A DNA stretch of 64,000 nt from Gammaproteobacteria bacterium (GTDB lineage Bacteria > Pseudomonadota > Gammaproteobacteria > Steroidobacterales > GCA-2729495): assembly GCA_965223095.1 (NCBI GenBank), contig OZ244979.1:1525744-1589743 (forward strand), read 5' to 3'. The translations under genes and the position numbers were made by a program. Shown one piece after another: positions 44,472 to 53,433 of the stretch. Position 1 is the stretch's first letter. Each line of letters starts with the position of its first letter. The notes below the pieces were generated by a model that saw nothing but the letters and a program-made list of their open reading frames with translations, was not told where the DNA came from and ran no database searches.

Positions 44472-47225
44472 ATGACACCACCCACCCCAGAAGCAAAAGC
44501 CCGCGAAGAAATTGACCGCCTACTAACAGCAGCAGGTTGGCATGTATGCGACATCGCTGATGCAAACATTTCAGCACATCAGGGGATCGCAATTCGCGAG
44601 TTTCCGCTGAAATCTGGTAGCGGTCACGCCGACTATCTGCTGTATTTGTCGGGAAAAGCCGTTGGTGTAGTCGAGGCGAAGAAGCTGGGTCACTCACTAA
44701 AGGGTGTCGAAATCCAGTCCGAGAAGTACACCACCGGATTGCCGGACACACTGCCAGCCTGGCGGCGACCGTTGCCCTTCGCTTACGAGTCCACCGGTGT
44801 GGAAACACAGTTCACGAGTCGACTTGATCCCGAACCGCGCTCACGAAGAATCTTCGCCTTTCACCGACCCGACGGTCTCGCCAATCTTTTAGACCTTGCC
44901 GAAACTGATAAGGCCGCAGAGGCCTCACCGGAATACATAGCACGCGGGCCAAGTTTCCTGGCACGTATGCAAAACATGCCTGCCCTCATTGATGACGGTT
45001 TATGGGGCAAGCAGGCCGAAGCCATCAAAAACATCGAAGCCTCCCTAAAAGACAACCGCCCCCGCGCCCTGGTCCAAATGGCTACTGGCTCCGGTAAAAC
45101 CTTCACTGCCATCACCCAAATCTACCGCCTAATTAAGTTCGGCGGGGCACGCCGCGTGCTGTTCCTTGTCGATCGCGGCAACCTGGCGGAACAAACAGAA
45201 AAAGAATTCCAGCAGTACAAATCACCCTACAACAACTATAAGTTCACCGAAGAATTCATTGTCCAGCGACTGCAGGGCAACACCATCGACACCACGGCCC
45301 GTGTCTGCATTTGCACCATCCAGCGCATGTACTCCATGCTTAGCAACAAGGAGCTGCCCGAGGCGGGTGACGAGGCCTCCATCGCCGGCCTGGAGTCGCT
45401 GTTCAAGCAGCAGCCGCCCGTTGAATACAATCCGCACATCCCCATCGAATCCTTCGACATCATCATCACCGATGAATGTCACCGCTCCATCTACAACCTC
45501 TGGGCCCAGGTGCTGGAGTACTTCGACGCCTATCTAATCGGCCTCACCGCTACGCCCGGCAAGCAGACCTTCGGCTTTTTCAACCAGAACCTGGTGCTGG
45601 AGTACGGCCACGAGCAGGCCGTGGCCGACGGGGTGAACGTGAACTACGACGTGTTCCGCATCCGCACGGCCATCTCGGAGCAGGGCGCCACCATCGAGGC
45701 AGGCTTCGAGGTGGAAAAGCAGGACCGCGAGACCCGCGAGAAGCGCTGGGAAAAGCTGGACGACGATTTCGACTACGACCCCAACAAGCTCGACCGCGAT
45801 GTCGTCGCCCCCGACCAGATTCGCAGGATCATCCGCACCTTTAAAAACAACCTGCCGGTGATCTACCCGGGCCGCGAGCATGTGCCCAAAACTTTAATCT
45901 TCGCCAAGGACGACAACCACGCAGAAAACATCGTCGCCCTGCTGCGCGAGGAGTTTGCTGCGGGCAATGATTTTGCGCAGAAGATCACCTACCGCACCAC
46001 CGGCGACACCCCGAAAAATTTAATTAAGGCCTTTCGCAACAGCTACCACCCGCGCATTGCCGTCACCGTGGACATGATCGCCACCGGCACCGACATCAAG
46101 CCGGTGGAAATTGTCATGTTCATGCGCGCCGTCAAATCCCGCGCTTTCTTCGAGCAGATGAAGGGCCGCGGTGTGCGGGTGTGTAAGCCAGACGATCTCA
46201 AAGCCGTCACCCCGGATGCCGAGACCAAGGATCATTTCGTGATTGTCGACGCCGTCGGCGTCTGCGAGCAAGACATGACCGACTCCAAACCCATGGAGAA
46301 AAAGCCCACGGTCTCCTTCGAGAAGCTGCTGCAGGCCGTGTCACTGGGCAACACTGAAGAGGACGTGCTCAGTTCGATTGCCGGCCGGCTGGCCCGCATG
46401 GAGCATCGTGCCAGCGAAGAAGATGTGCAACGCATCCGTGAACAAACCCACGGCTTCGGCCTCAAAGACCTCAGCAAGAACCTGGTGGATGCGCTCAATC
46501 CCGATCTCGCCCCCGATGCCCGCCAGGCCAGCATCGAGATGGCCACCCAGCCGTTTCACGATCCCAAGCTGCGGGAATTGCTGGACGTGGTTCGGCAGAA
46601 AAACGAAATCACCATCGACATCATCACCGAAGACGAAGTCCTCGAGGCCGGCTTCAGCCAGAGCGCCGAAGACAAGGCCGCCGAGGTGGTCGACAAGTTC
46701 AAGCAGTTCATTGACGAGAACAAAGACGAGATCACCGCGCTGCAGATTCTCTACAACCGCCCTTATAAGGAGCGCCTGAACTTCGAGCACCTCAAAGAAC
46801 TGTCGTCTGCCATCAGGGCGCCCAAGTACTTAATGAATCGCACGCAGATTTGGGAAGCCTACGCCGCACTAGAAAAGAGCAAGGTCAAAGGCGCGGGCGG
46901 TAAGCGCCTCCTGACCGATCTGGTTTCACTCGTGCGTTTCGCCATGGAAGAAGACAACGAGTTGGTGCCGTTCCCGGAACGGGTCAGCGCCAACTACAAA
47001 GCCTGGCTGGCCAGCCAGGAGAATGCCGGCAATAGCTTTGATGAAGAGCAGCAGAAGTGGTTGGGGATGATTCGGGATCACATTGCCGCCAACTTGAGCA
47101 TCGACACCGAAGACTTCGACTACGCGCCATTCTCGGGTGAGGGCGGCCTTGGCAAAGTACATCAATTGTTTGGTAAGCAGCTGCCGGTGATTCTGGATGA
47201 GCTCAATGAAGGGTTGGCTGCATGA
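44472..47225 (+). CDS. hsdR: Type I restriction enzyme R subunit (EcoEI/type IB-like)
   Basis: 917 aa with the N-terminus PEAKAREEIDRLLTAAGW, helicase motif I (ATGSGKT), motif II (TDECH) and a long helical C-terminal extension. Its stop overlaps the hsdS ATG (ATGA). Confidence 0.95.
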   Translation: MTPPTPEAKAREEIDRLLTAAGWHVCDIADANISAHQGIAIREFPLKSGSGHADYLLYLSGKAVGVVEAKKLGHSLKGVEIQSEKYTTGLPDTLPAWRRPLPFAYESTGVETQFTSRLDPEPRSRRIFAFHRPDGLANLLDLAETDKAAEASPEYIARGPSFLARMQNMPALIDDGLWGKQAEAIKNIEASLKDNRPRALVQMATGSGKTFTAITQIYRLIKFGGARRVLFLVDRGNLAEQTEKEFQQYKSPYNNYKFTEEFIVQRLQGNTIDTTARVCICTIQRMYSMLSNKELPEAGDEASIAGLESLFKQQPPVEYNPHIPIESFDIIITDECHRSIYNLWAQVLEYFDAYLIGLTATPGKQTFGFFNQNLVLEYGHEQAVADGVNVNYDVFRIRTAISEQGATIEAGFEVEKQDRETREKRWEKLDDDFDYDPNKLDRDVVAPDQIRRIIRTFKNNLPVIYPGREHVPKTLIFAKDDNHAENIVALLREEFAAGNDFAQKITYRTTGDTPKNLIKAFRNSYHPRIAVTVDMIATGTDIKPVEIVMFMRAVKSRAFFEQMKGRGVRVCKPDDLKAVTPDAETKDHFVIVDAVGVCEQDMTDSKPMEKKPTVSFEKLLQAVSLGNTEEDVLSSIAGRLARMEHRASEEDVQRIREQTHGFGLKDLSKNLVDALNPDLAPDARQASIEMATQPFHDPKLRELLDVVRQKNEITIDIITEDEVLEAGFSQSAEDKAAEVVDKFKQFIDENKDEITALQILYNRPYKERLNFEHLKELSSAIRAPKYLMNRTQIWEAYAALEKSKVKGAGGKRLLTDLVSLVRFAMEEDNELVPFPERVSANYKAWLASQENAGNSFDEEQQKWLGMIRDHIAANLSIDTEDFDYAPFSGEGGLGKVHQLFGKQLPVILDELNEGLAA

Positions 47226-48586
47226 GTGCGACTGCGCCAAGTGTTGCTCCAGGCTCCGCTGATGAATGGACCGAAACTTCTCTCGGCGAAGTGGCTGAGT
47301 TCGTCATGGGGCAGGCGCCACCCGGAAGCGAATGTAACAAGAAGGGCAAAGGCACTTTGTTTGTGAAGGCGGGAGAGTTTGGTGAGCTTTACCCCGTTGA
47401 GAGGGAGTGGACGACCAAGCCGCTTAAGTTTGGCCAAGATGGCGATGTCTTTATATGCGTGGTTGGCGCCACCTCTGGGAAGCTGAATTTAGGCAGAGAC
47501 TGCGCAATTGGGCGAAGTGTTGCGGCAATTAGGCCAAAAGACGGTGTCGATACTAAATTTATCTACTACCAGCTTCAGCCCTGGGTGATGAAGCTTAGAG
47601 CTGCTTCGACAGGCTCGGCTCAAGGCGTGATCAGTAAAGCGAAACTGAAAGACGTCCCAATGAAAATGGTGGATGAAGAGGCGCAGAAACGCATCGTCGC
47701 CGAAATCGAAAAACAGTTATCCCGCCTCGACGAAGCAGTCGCCAGCCTCAAGCGCGTCAAAGCCAACCTCAAGCGCTACAAAGCCGCCGTTCTCAAAGCC
47801 GCCGTCGAAGGAAAACTCACCGAAGATTGGCGCAAGCAAAACCCCGACGTCGAACCCGCCAGCAAACTCCTCGAACGCATCCTCGCCGAACGCCGCACGA
47901 AATGGGAGGAAGCCGAACTCGCCAAGATGAAGGCGAAAGGCAAAGAGCCGAAGAACGATGATTGGAAAGGCAAATACAAAGCACCCATTTCCCTAGAAGA
48001 ACCAGATTCTGTGAGTATTCCTGATGGCTGGTGCTATACGAGCATAGGTGAGGTCGTTGAATGTTTAGACTCCATAAGAAAACCGATTAATAAGAAGGAC
48101 AGGTTAAGCCGAGTTGGCGAGATCCCTTACTACGGCGCAAATGGGCAGGTAGGAGTAATAGATGACTATCTATTTGATGAGCCGCTAGTTCTGCTTGTCG
48201 AGGATGAGACGTTTGTAGGCCGCACGCTGCCGTTTTCCTACAAAATCTCTGGAAAGACTTGGGTGAACAACCATGCCCATGTGCTGCGGCCTACTGGGTG
48301 TGTTGATCTTGATTATCTCAATTACTCATTAATGTTTTATCCCTTCATTCCATTGACCACAGGGACTACAGGCCGAAAGAAATTGACTCAGAGAGCACTG
48401 ATGGCGGCCCCGTATGAATTGCCTCCTATATTGGAGCAAAAGAAAATCATAGAGGCAGTCGAGGAAAAATTATCGATTTTAGACAAGGTAGAGCTGGAAC
48501 TAGACCGGACAGAAGCTCAGCTTTCTATGACACGTCAGTCCGTTCTAGCCCAGGCTTTCGCTGGGATGGCGGATGGCAATGGGTAG
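47222..48586 (+). CDS. hsdS: Type I R-M specificity subunit
   Basis: 454 aa with two target-recognition domains separated by a conserved coiled-coil spacer (IVAEIEKQLSRLDEAVASLKRVKANLKRYKAAVLKAAVEGKLTEDWR) and a C-terminal helix (QSVLAQAF). Confidence 0.9.
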   Translation: MSATAPSVAPGSADEWTETSLGEVAEFVMGQAPPGSECNKKGKGTLFVKAGEFGELYPVEREWTTKPLKFGQDGDVFICVVGATSGKLNLGRDCAIGRSVAAIRPKDGVDTKFIYYQLQPWVMKLRAASTGSAQGVISKAKLKDVPMKMVDEEAQKRIVAEIEKQLSRLDEAVASLKRVKANLKRYKAAVLKAAVEGKLTEDWRKQNPDVEPASKLLERILAERRTKWEEAELAKMKAKGKEPKNDDWKGKYKAPISLEEPDSVSIPDGWCYTSIGEVVECLDSIRKPINKKDRLSRVGEIPYYGANGQVGVIDDYLFDEPLVLLVEDETFVGRTLPFSYKISGKTWVNNHAHVLRPTGCVDLDYLNYSLMFYPFIPLTTGTTGRKKLTQRALMAAPYELPPILEQKKIIEAVEEKLSILDKVELELDRTEAQLSMTRQSVLAQAFAGMADGNG

Positions 48587-49784
48587 AGTCAAAGACGAGT
48601 GGATTGAGGCAGAAGCGCGGGGTTGGAATGACCCCGAAAAGTTTGTCTGCGCTCAGTGCGTTGATGATCCGATTCTAAAGTCAGAAATTCGGGCTAGTGT
48701 GAGCAACAAGGTCTGTGATTACTGTGGGGCAAAGTCGGCTGATCCTATCGCCGCTCCCACAGAGTCGATAATGACGCATGTTACAGAGGCATTCTTCAGT
48801 GAATACGCCGACCCATCGATGGCGAGTGTGCCTTATGCTGAAGTTGAATACCTGTTTAGCGGATCAATGACGGATACCGAAGATGCCCTAATGGCACTTC
48901 CGCTGGAATGTCACGACGATCTTTTTGCAGACATTGCAGGCGCTTTCTTAAACGACTTATGGTATCCGTGTGCTAATGGCCATTGGGCGGAAGTTAGCGG
49001 TCACCAAGAGCTGCGCTTTGGGTGGGAGCGTTTTGAGGAAACGACTAAGCATGAGAGCCGCTACTTCTTTCCGAGAATTGGCGGCGCGGTTGAGCCCGGA
49101 GAGCGATATTCGCCGGGAGACATATTGGCGGCGATTGGTGCTCTAGTACAAGAGAATAAGCTGACAGCGACCATACAGGCGGAAACAAAAGTCTATAGGG
49201 TGCGGGAAATATCACCTGATAAGACACTTACCGAATACAGCGAAATTGGATCGCCGCCGAATCGTTTGGCTGCAGCAGGTCGCATGAACCCGGCGGGAAT
49301 AAGCTACTTTTATACAGGTCTCGATGAGCCAACCTCACTTGCTGAAGTTCTAGAAAGGCCACCATGCCGAGCCTCAATAGGGGTTTTCGCGCCAAAAAAC
49401 GAATTCTTAGTGCTGGACCTTACGAATCTTCCACCTGTTCCATCGGTGTTTGACTCGTCTAGACGGCTGGAGCGTGATGGGATCTTATTCCTGTATGACT
49501 TCGTCGATGCTGTGGCAAAGCCAATCGCTAAAGATGGCAATGAGCATGTTGACTATGTTCCGACGCAGATCGTTTGCGAGTATTTTGCACAAGTCTTTAC
49601 AGCTGATGAAGGCAAGCGACTATCAGGCATTATTTATCCCAGTGCCGTGAGGCCAAGCGGCAAGAATCTGGTTATTTTTCCTACACGGAATGTTCTTGTT
49701 GACTGGCCGGATTTCATTGCGCTCAAGTCAATTAGTCACCGAGATTTTGATGTCTGGGCGGATATGAAGGATTTGACCAAGTGA
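48573..49784 (+). CDS. Zinc-ribbon N-terminal domain (HEPN/RES-NTD1-like) fused to a RES domain (predicted NAD+-targeting toxin fold)
   Basis: 403 aa with two CxxC pairs (CAQC at residues 26-29, CDYC at 48-51). The RES signature is present: GRMNPAGISYFY (R237), LAEV (E258) and IIYPSAVRPSGKNLVIF (S357). Its start overlaps the hsdS 3' end by 14 nt (an alternative ATG at 48579 overlaps by 8 nt). Confidence 0.85.
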   Translation: MAMGRVKDEWIEAEARGWNDPEKFVCAQCVDDPILKSEIRASVSNKVCDYCGAKSADPIAAPTESIMTHVTEAFFSEYADPSMASVPYAEVEYLFSGSMTDTEDALMALPLECHDDLFADIAGAFLNDLWYPCANGHWAEVSGHQELRFGWERFEETTKHESRYFFPRIGGAVEPGERYSPGDILAAIGALVQENKLTATIQAETKVYRVREISPDKTLTEYSEIGSPPNRLAAAGRMNPAGISYFYTGLDEPTSLAEVLERPPCRASIGVFAPKNEFLVLDLTNLPPVPSVFDSSRRLERDGILFLYDFVDAVAKPIAKDGNEHVDYVPTQIVCEYFAQVFTADEGKRLSGIIYPSAVRPSGKNLVIFPTRNVLVDWPDFIALKSISHRDFDVWADMKDLTK

Positions 49785-49831
49785 CCTTTGCAATTAGCGT
49801 ATATAGGTCTTGGAATTACAGGGGATAGATT

Positions 49832-51043
49832 TTGGGTGAAAAAAAGAAATTCGTGGTAAGTGTAGACCTTGGGGGCGAAGGTCAGGTTTCTCTGAAAACG
49901 CATGAAGCGGTTGAGGAGTGGGTAGCTAGCCAAATTGAGTTTTGGCAATGGGCGCATGGCCAGCGAAACGATAACGCCATTCAGCAGGCCTGGGGGAAGC
50001 TAAACCAGACCTTCACGAATATTAGGAACATAAACAACGAAGCGATTCGGTTTATAGACCAAGATCCCTACGAAGCGAAGCAGCAGGCGCTAGAAAGCGC
50101 AATTCAGCAGCTTGCCGATCCAAAAAACGGAATGCTGTCGGAGAATCCAAAGTCGATCTTCCTGCAGGATTTGAGGGAGTCGCATGGCGATCGCGTTGCT
50201 GCCTACTGTCTCGCGATGTTTATGGAGACGGGTATAACAGCTAACAATCCCCAAGCTATCCAAGGGTCTGTTGAGGCGGTTCTTTACGATCGGGGAATAA
50301 AGAGCAGCGCGAGGCCAGAGAAAAAGGCTCTTGCAACGCTGAAAAAAAATTTTCAGACTGAGTGGCAGGAATATAAGGAGAAGTATGAAGGCCTAGCCGA
50401 CGACTATGCAGAAGTTAAAGGCAATGTTGATGCAACGCTTGATACGTTTAAAACCGAGTTTGCTGAAGATCAGCAGGCTCGCGACGTGGAGCATCAGGAA
50501 TTCAAAGAGACCGTAAATAACCAATGGGAGGCAATCAAGCAGACATTTACAGACCATATGGCGCTTCAAGCGCCTATCGAGTACTGGCGTGATAAGAAAA
50601 AGTCTCATCGTGTGCGAGCCATTTGGTACTCGATCGCAACAGCGGCAGCGGTGGGAGCGACTTTATTCGGACTATATGAGTTAGGTGAATTGCTTCTCTT
50701 GGGTGAGTCCAGTAAATGGGAAGGGCTCCCAGGTGTTACTTGGTTAGGTGTGCCGCTATGGCATGTTGTATTGCTCACTGTAATGGGCTCTGTTGGTGTC
50801 TGGATCATCAGGATTCTCGTGCGGTTGCTGCTGAGTGAAATTCATCTAATGGCAGATGCTGACGAAAGAGTAGTCATGGCTAAAACCTATTTGGCTCTGC
50901 TCAAAGAGGATAAAGGCCCGGAATCGGGTGACAGAACATTGATCTTGCAAACGCTGTTTAGACCATCATCCAAAGGAATAGTGGGCGATGAGGCGCACCC
51001 CGTGATGCCGTCCGACTGGATTAGTAAGGTGATGGGTAAATAG
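49832..51043 (+). CDS. Orphan coiled-coil protein with two C-terminal transmembrane helices
   Basis: 403 aa with a TTG start preceded by AGGGGA at 6-nt spacing. Residues 160-260 are charged and helical. The TM segments are at about residues 263-285 (AIWYSIATAAAVGATLFGLYELG) and 306-334 (VPLWHVVLLTVMGSVGVWIIRILVRLLL). The DNA is AT-rich. I cannot assign a family with confidence. Confidence 0.75.
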   Translation: MGEKKKFVVSVDLGGEGQVSLKTHEAVEEWVASQIEFWQWAHGQRNDNAIQQAWGKLNQTFTNIRNINNEAIRFIDQDPYEAKQQALESAIQQLADPKNGMLSENPKSIFLQDLRESHGDRVAAYCLAMFMETGITANNPQAIQGSVEAVLYDRGIKSSARPEKKALATLKKNFQTEWQEYKEKYEGLADDYAEVKGNVDATLDTFKTEFAEDQQARDVEHQEFKETVNNQWEAIKQTFTDHMALQAPIEYWRDKKKSHRVRAIWYSIATAAAVGATLFGLYELGELLLLGESSKWEGLPGVTWLGVPLWHVVLLTVMGSVGVWIIRILVRLLLSEIHLMADADERVVMAKTYLALLKEDKGPESGDRTLILQTLFRPSSKGIVGDEAHPVMPSDWISKVMGK

Positions 51044-51108
51044 GGCGACATGGATTCAGTGCGCATCATCCATAATCCTTGGCGCTGCCCTGCACTGCAG
51101 GTAGGAGC

Positions 51109-51918
51109 ATGAAGAAATCGATACCAGCGCCAGTAATAGCGGCTGTGGCAGAGCTTGTTACTGAATGGGAGACGCATGCCACTCTCGATAGTCTGTTTAT
51201 GTATGCGGGCGCCCCGGGTGATCCGCCACTGGAAAGTAAACACGCAAAGGCATTGGCTTGGTTGCGACGCGCTAATCAGGAGGAGGGCGTGGATGCTCTT
51301 GCAGTGTTGGGCGGGATAATTGAAGGATATATGGATGGCGAGTTTGTAACGGAGTTCCCTGACTGGGAAAAGAAACGAACGCAACAAATGAAGCGGTTAA
51401 AGGCCGCCTTGGCAAGAGCTAATCTTCAGTATATACCGGGAGGCAAGATTGCTGGAGCGCACTCGACTCCCAGCATCAGCTTGGAAGAGCAGATCAGAAA
51501 AAGAGATGTTGAGAGCCTTTCCGTTGAGTTCGATCGAGCAGTCCAGAATATAGAGAGTTCACCTCGTGAGTCACTTTCTGCTGCCTGCAATATTTTGGAA
51601 TCAGTATTCAAGGTTTACATTGAAGACGAAGGATTAGATGCGCCAAAAAAGCTTGATTTGAGGCCTACTTGGGCAGTGGTCCGGGAGGATCTCAATTTTG
51701 ATCCCAGCAAATTGGAAGATAGAGACTTGAAGGAAATATTGAGTGGGTTGGCTTCGGTGATTAATGGTGTCGGTGCCTTACGAACTCATGCGAGCACGGC
51801 GCATGGAGCGGGTAAAAAGACGTACAAGATTGAAAGTAGGCATGCGAGGCTGGCGGTGCATGCCGCGCATACGGTAGCGTTGTTTGTTCTAGAGTCGTGG
51901 GATAAGAAATCAAAATGA
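51109..51918 (+). CDS. Abi_C-type abortive-infection family protein (HEPN-like R-x6-H motif)
   Basis: 269 aa from ATG 51109 (alternative TTG at 51079). The C-terminal region GLASVINGVGALRTHASTAHGAG...RHARLAVHAAHTVALFVLE matches the Abi C-terminal domain pattern (LRN..gxAHG...A). Its stop overlaps the hsdM ATG (ATGA). Confidence 0.8.
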   Translation: MKKSIPAPVIAAVAELVTEWETHATLDSLFMYAGAPGDPPLESKHAKALAWLRRANQEEGVDALAVLGGIIEGYMDGEFVTEFPDWEKKRTQQMKRLKAALARANLQYIPGGKIAGAHSTPSISLEEQIRKRDVESLSVEFDRAVQNIESSPRESLSAACNILESVFKVYIEDEGLDAPKKLDLRPTWAVVREDLNFDPSKLEDRDLKEILSGLASVINGVGALRTHASTAHGAGKKTYKIESRHARLAVHAAHTVALFVLESWDKKSK

Positions 51919-53393
51919 CGGATCAAGACATCACCCAAAAACTCTGGAACTACTGCCACGTCCTGCTTGCAGATGGTATGCATTTCAGCGACTACGTCGA
52001 GCAGTTGACCTATCTGCTGTTCCTGAAGATGGTGGACGAGCGCACGCAGGCGCCGTATAACCAGCCCAGTATCGTGCCCGAGAAGTGGGGCTGGCAGACG
52101 CTCCTGAAGAAAGACGGCGATGAGCTGTTTGATCATTATCGGCATACGCTGGAAGCGCTGGGTGATGAGAAGGGCATGCTGGGGCTGATCTTTAACAAGT
52201 CGCAGAGCAAGTTTCAGGATCCGGCGAAGCTGCGGCGGCTGATTGTTGACCTGATTGACAAGGAAAACTGGTCGACGATGTCGGCCGATGTGAAGGGCGA
52301 TGCCTACGAGGGGCTTTTAGAGAAGAACGCCCAGGACACGAAGTCCGGTGCGGGGCAGTATTTCACGCCGCGTGGGTTGATCGCGGCCATGGTAGAGGTG
52401 GTGAACCCGCAGCCGGGCGAGACCATCTGCGATCCGGCCTGCGGCACCGGCGGTTTTCTGCTGGCGGCCCACGAATACCTGATTAAAGACCCCAACCTGA
52501 CCCGGGATCAGAAGAAAAAGCTCAAAGACGGCACCCTTAGCGGTATCGAGTTGGTGCAGTCGGTCGCGCGACTCTGTGCGATGAACCTGCTCCTGCACGG
52601 CATCGGCAGTCAGGAATCCGAACCCGTGCAGGTCACCGATTCGCTGGCCGCGGACCCCGGTGACCGCTTCGACATCGTGCTCGCCAATCCGCCCTTCGGC
52701 AAGAAAGGGGCGTTCACGATCGTGGGCGAGGACGGCAAGGTCTCCAAGGAGAAGGAGAGCTACGAGCGGGACGATTTCTGGGCCACCACCTCCAACAAAC
52801 AGCTCAACTTCGTGCAGCACATCAAGACGCTGCTGAAGATCAACGGCCGCGCCGCCGTGGTGGTGCCCGACAACGTGCTCTTCGAGGGCGGGGCGGGCGA
52901 AACCATCCGCCGCAAGTTATTGCACGAGTGCAATGTGCACACCCTGCTGCGTCTGCCCACGGGGCTCTTCTACGCGCAGGGCGTGAAGGCCAATGTGGTG
53001 TTCTTTGAGAAGAAAGCTGCCTCCGAGACACCGTGGACCAAAAAGCTGTGGATCTACGACCTGCGCACCAACAAACACTTCACCCTCAAGACCAACCCGC
53101 TGCAACGGAAAGACCTGGATGAGTTTGTGAAGTGCTACACGGCCAAAAGGCGCAAGCGGACATGGAGCGAGGATAATCCGCAGGGCCGCTGGCGTGCATA
53201 TGACCACGATGAGTTGGTCGCCCGTGATAAGGCGAGCCTGGATATCTTCTGGCTGAAGGATGAGTCGCTGGAAGATTCAGAGAACCTGCCGGCGCCGGGG
53301 GTGATCGCGGCGGAGATTGTGGAGGACCTGGAATCAGCGCTGGCGCAGATGCGGCTGATTGCGGAGGATTTGGGGGAGGCTAGGCCGGAATGA
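51915..53393 (+). CDS. hsdM: Type I R-M DNA methyltransferase subunit
   Basis: 492 aa with the HsdM N-domain (LWNYCHVLLADGMHFSDYVEQLTYLLFLK), the SAM motif (DPACGTGGFL) and the catalytic NPPF (VLANPPFGKKG). Confidence 0.95.
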   Translation: MTDQDITQKLWNYCHVLLADGMHFSDYVEQLTYLLFLKMVDERTQAPYNQPSIVPEKWGWQTLLKKDGDELFDHYRHTLEALGDEKGMLGLIFNKSQSKFQDPAKLRRLIVDLIDKENWSTMSADVKGDAYEGLLEKNAQDTKSGAGQYFTPRGLIAAMVEVVNPQPGETICDPACGTGGFLLAAHEYLIKDPNLTRDQKKKLKDGTLSGIELVQSVARLCAMNLLLHGIGSQESEPVQVTDSLAADPGDRFDIVLANPPFGKKGAFTIVGEDGKVSKEKESYERDDFWATTSNKQLNFVQHIKTLLKINGRAAVVVPDNVLFEGGAGETIRRKLLHECNVHTLLRLPTGLFYAQGVKANVVFFEKKAASETPWTKKLWIYDLRTNKHFTLKTNPLQRKDLDEFVKCYTAKRRKRTWSEDNPQGRWRAYDHDELVARDKASLDIFWLKDESLEDSENLPAPGVIAAEIVEDLESALAQMRLIAEDLGEARPE

Positions 53394-53433
53394 AGATGTG
53401 GATGGTTCGCGCAGGTAGAAAAGGCGTATTACC

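Noticed and set aside
44311-44808. A 165-aa minus-strand ORF crossing the fic/hsdR junction
   Set aside because: It is antisense to two strongly supported genes and has an Arg/Ser-rich, non-family-like sequence.
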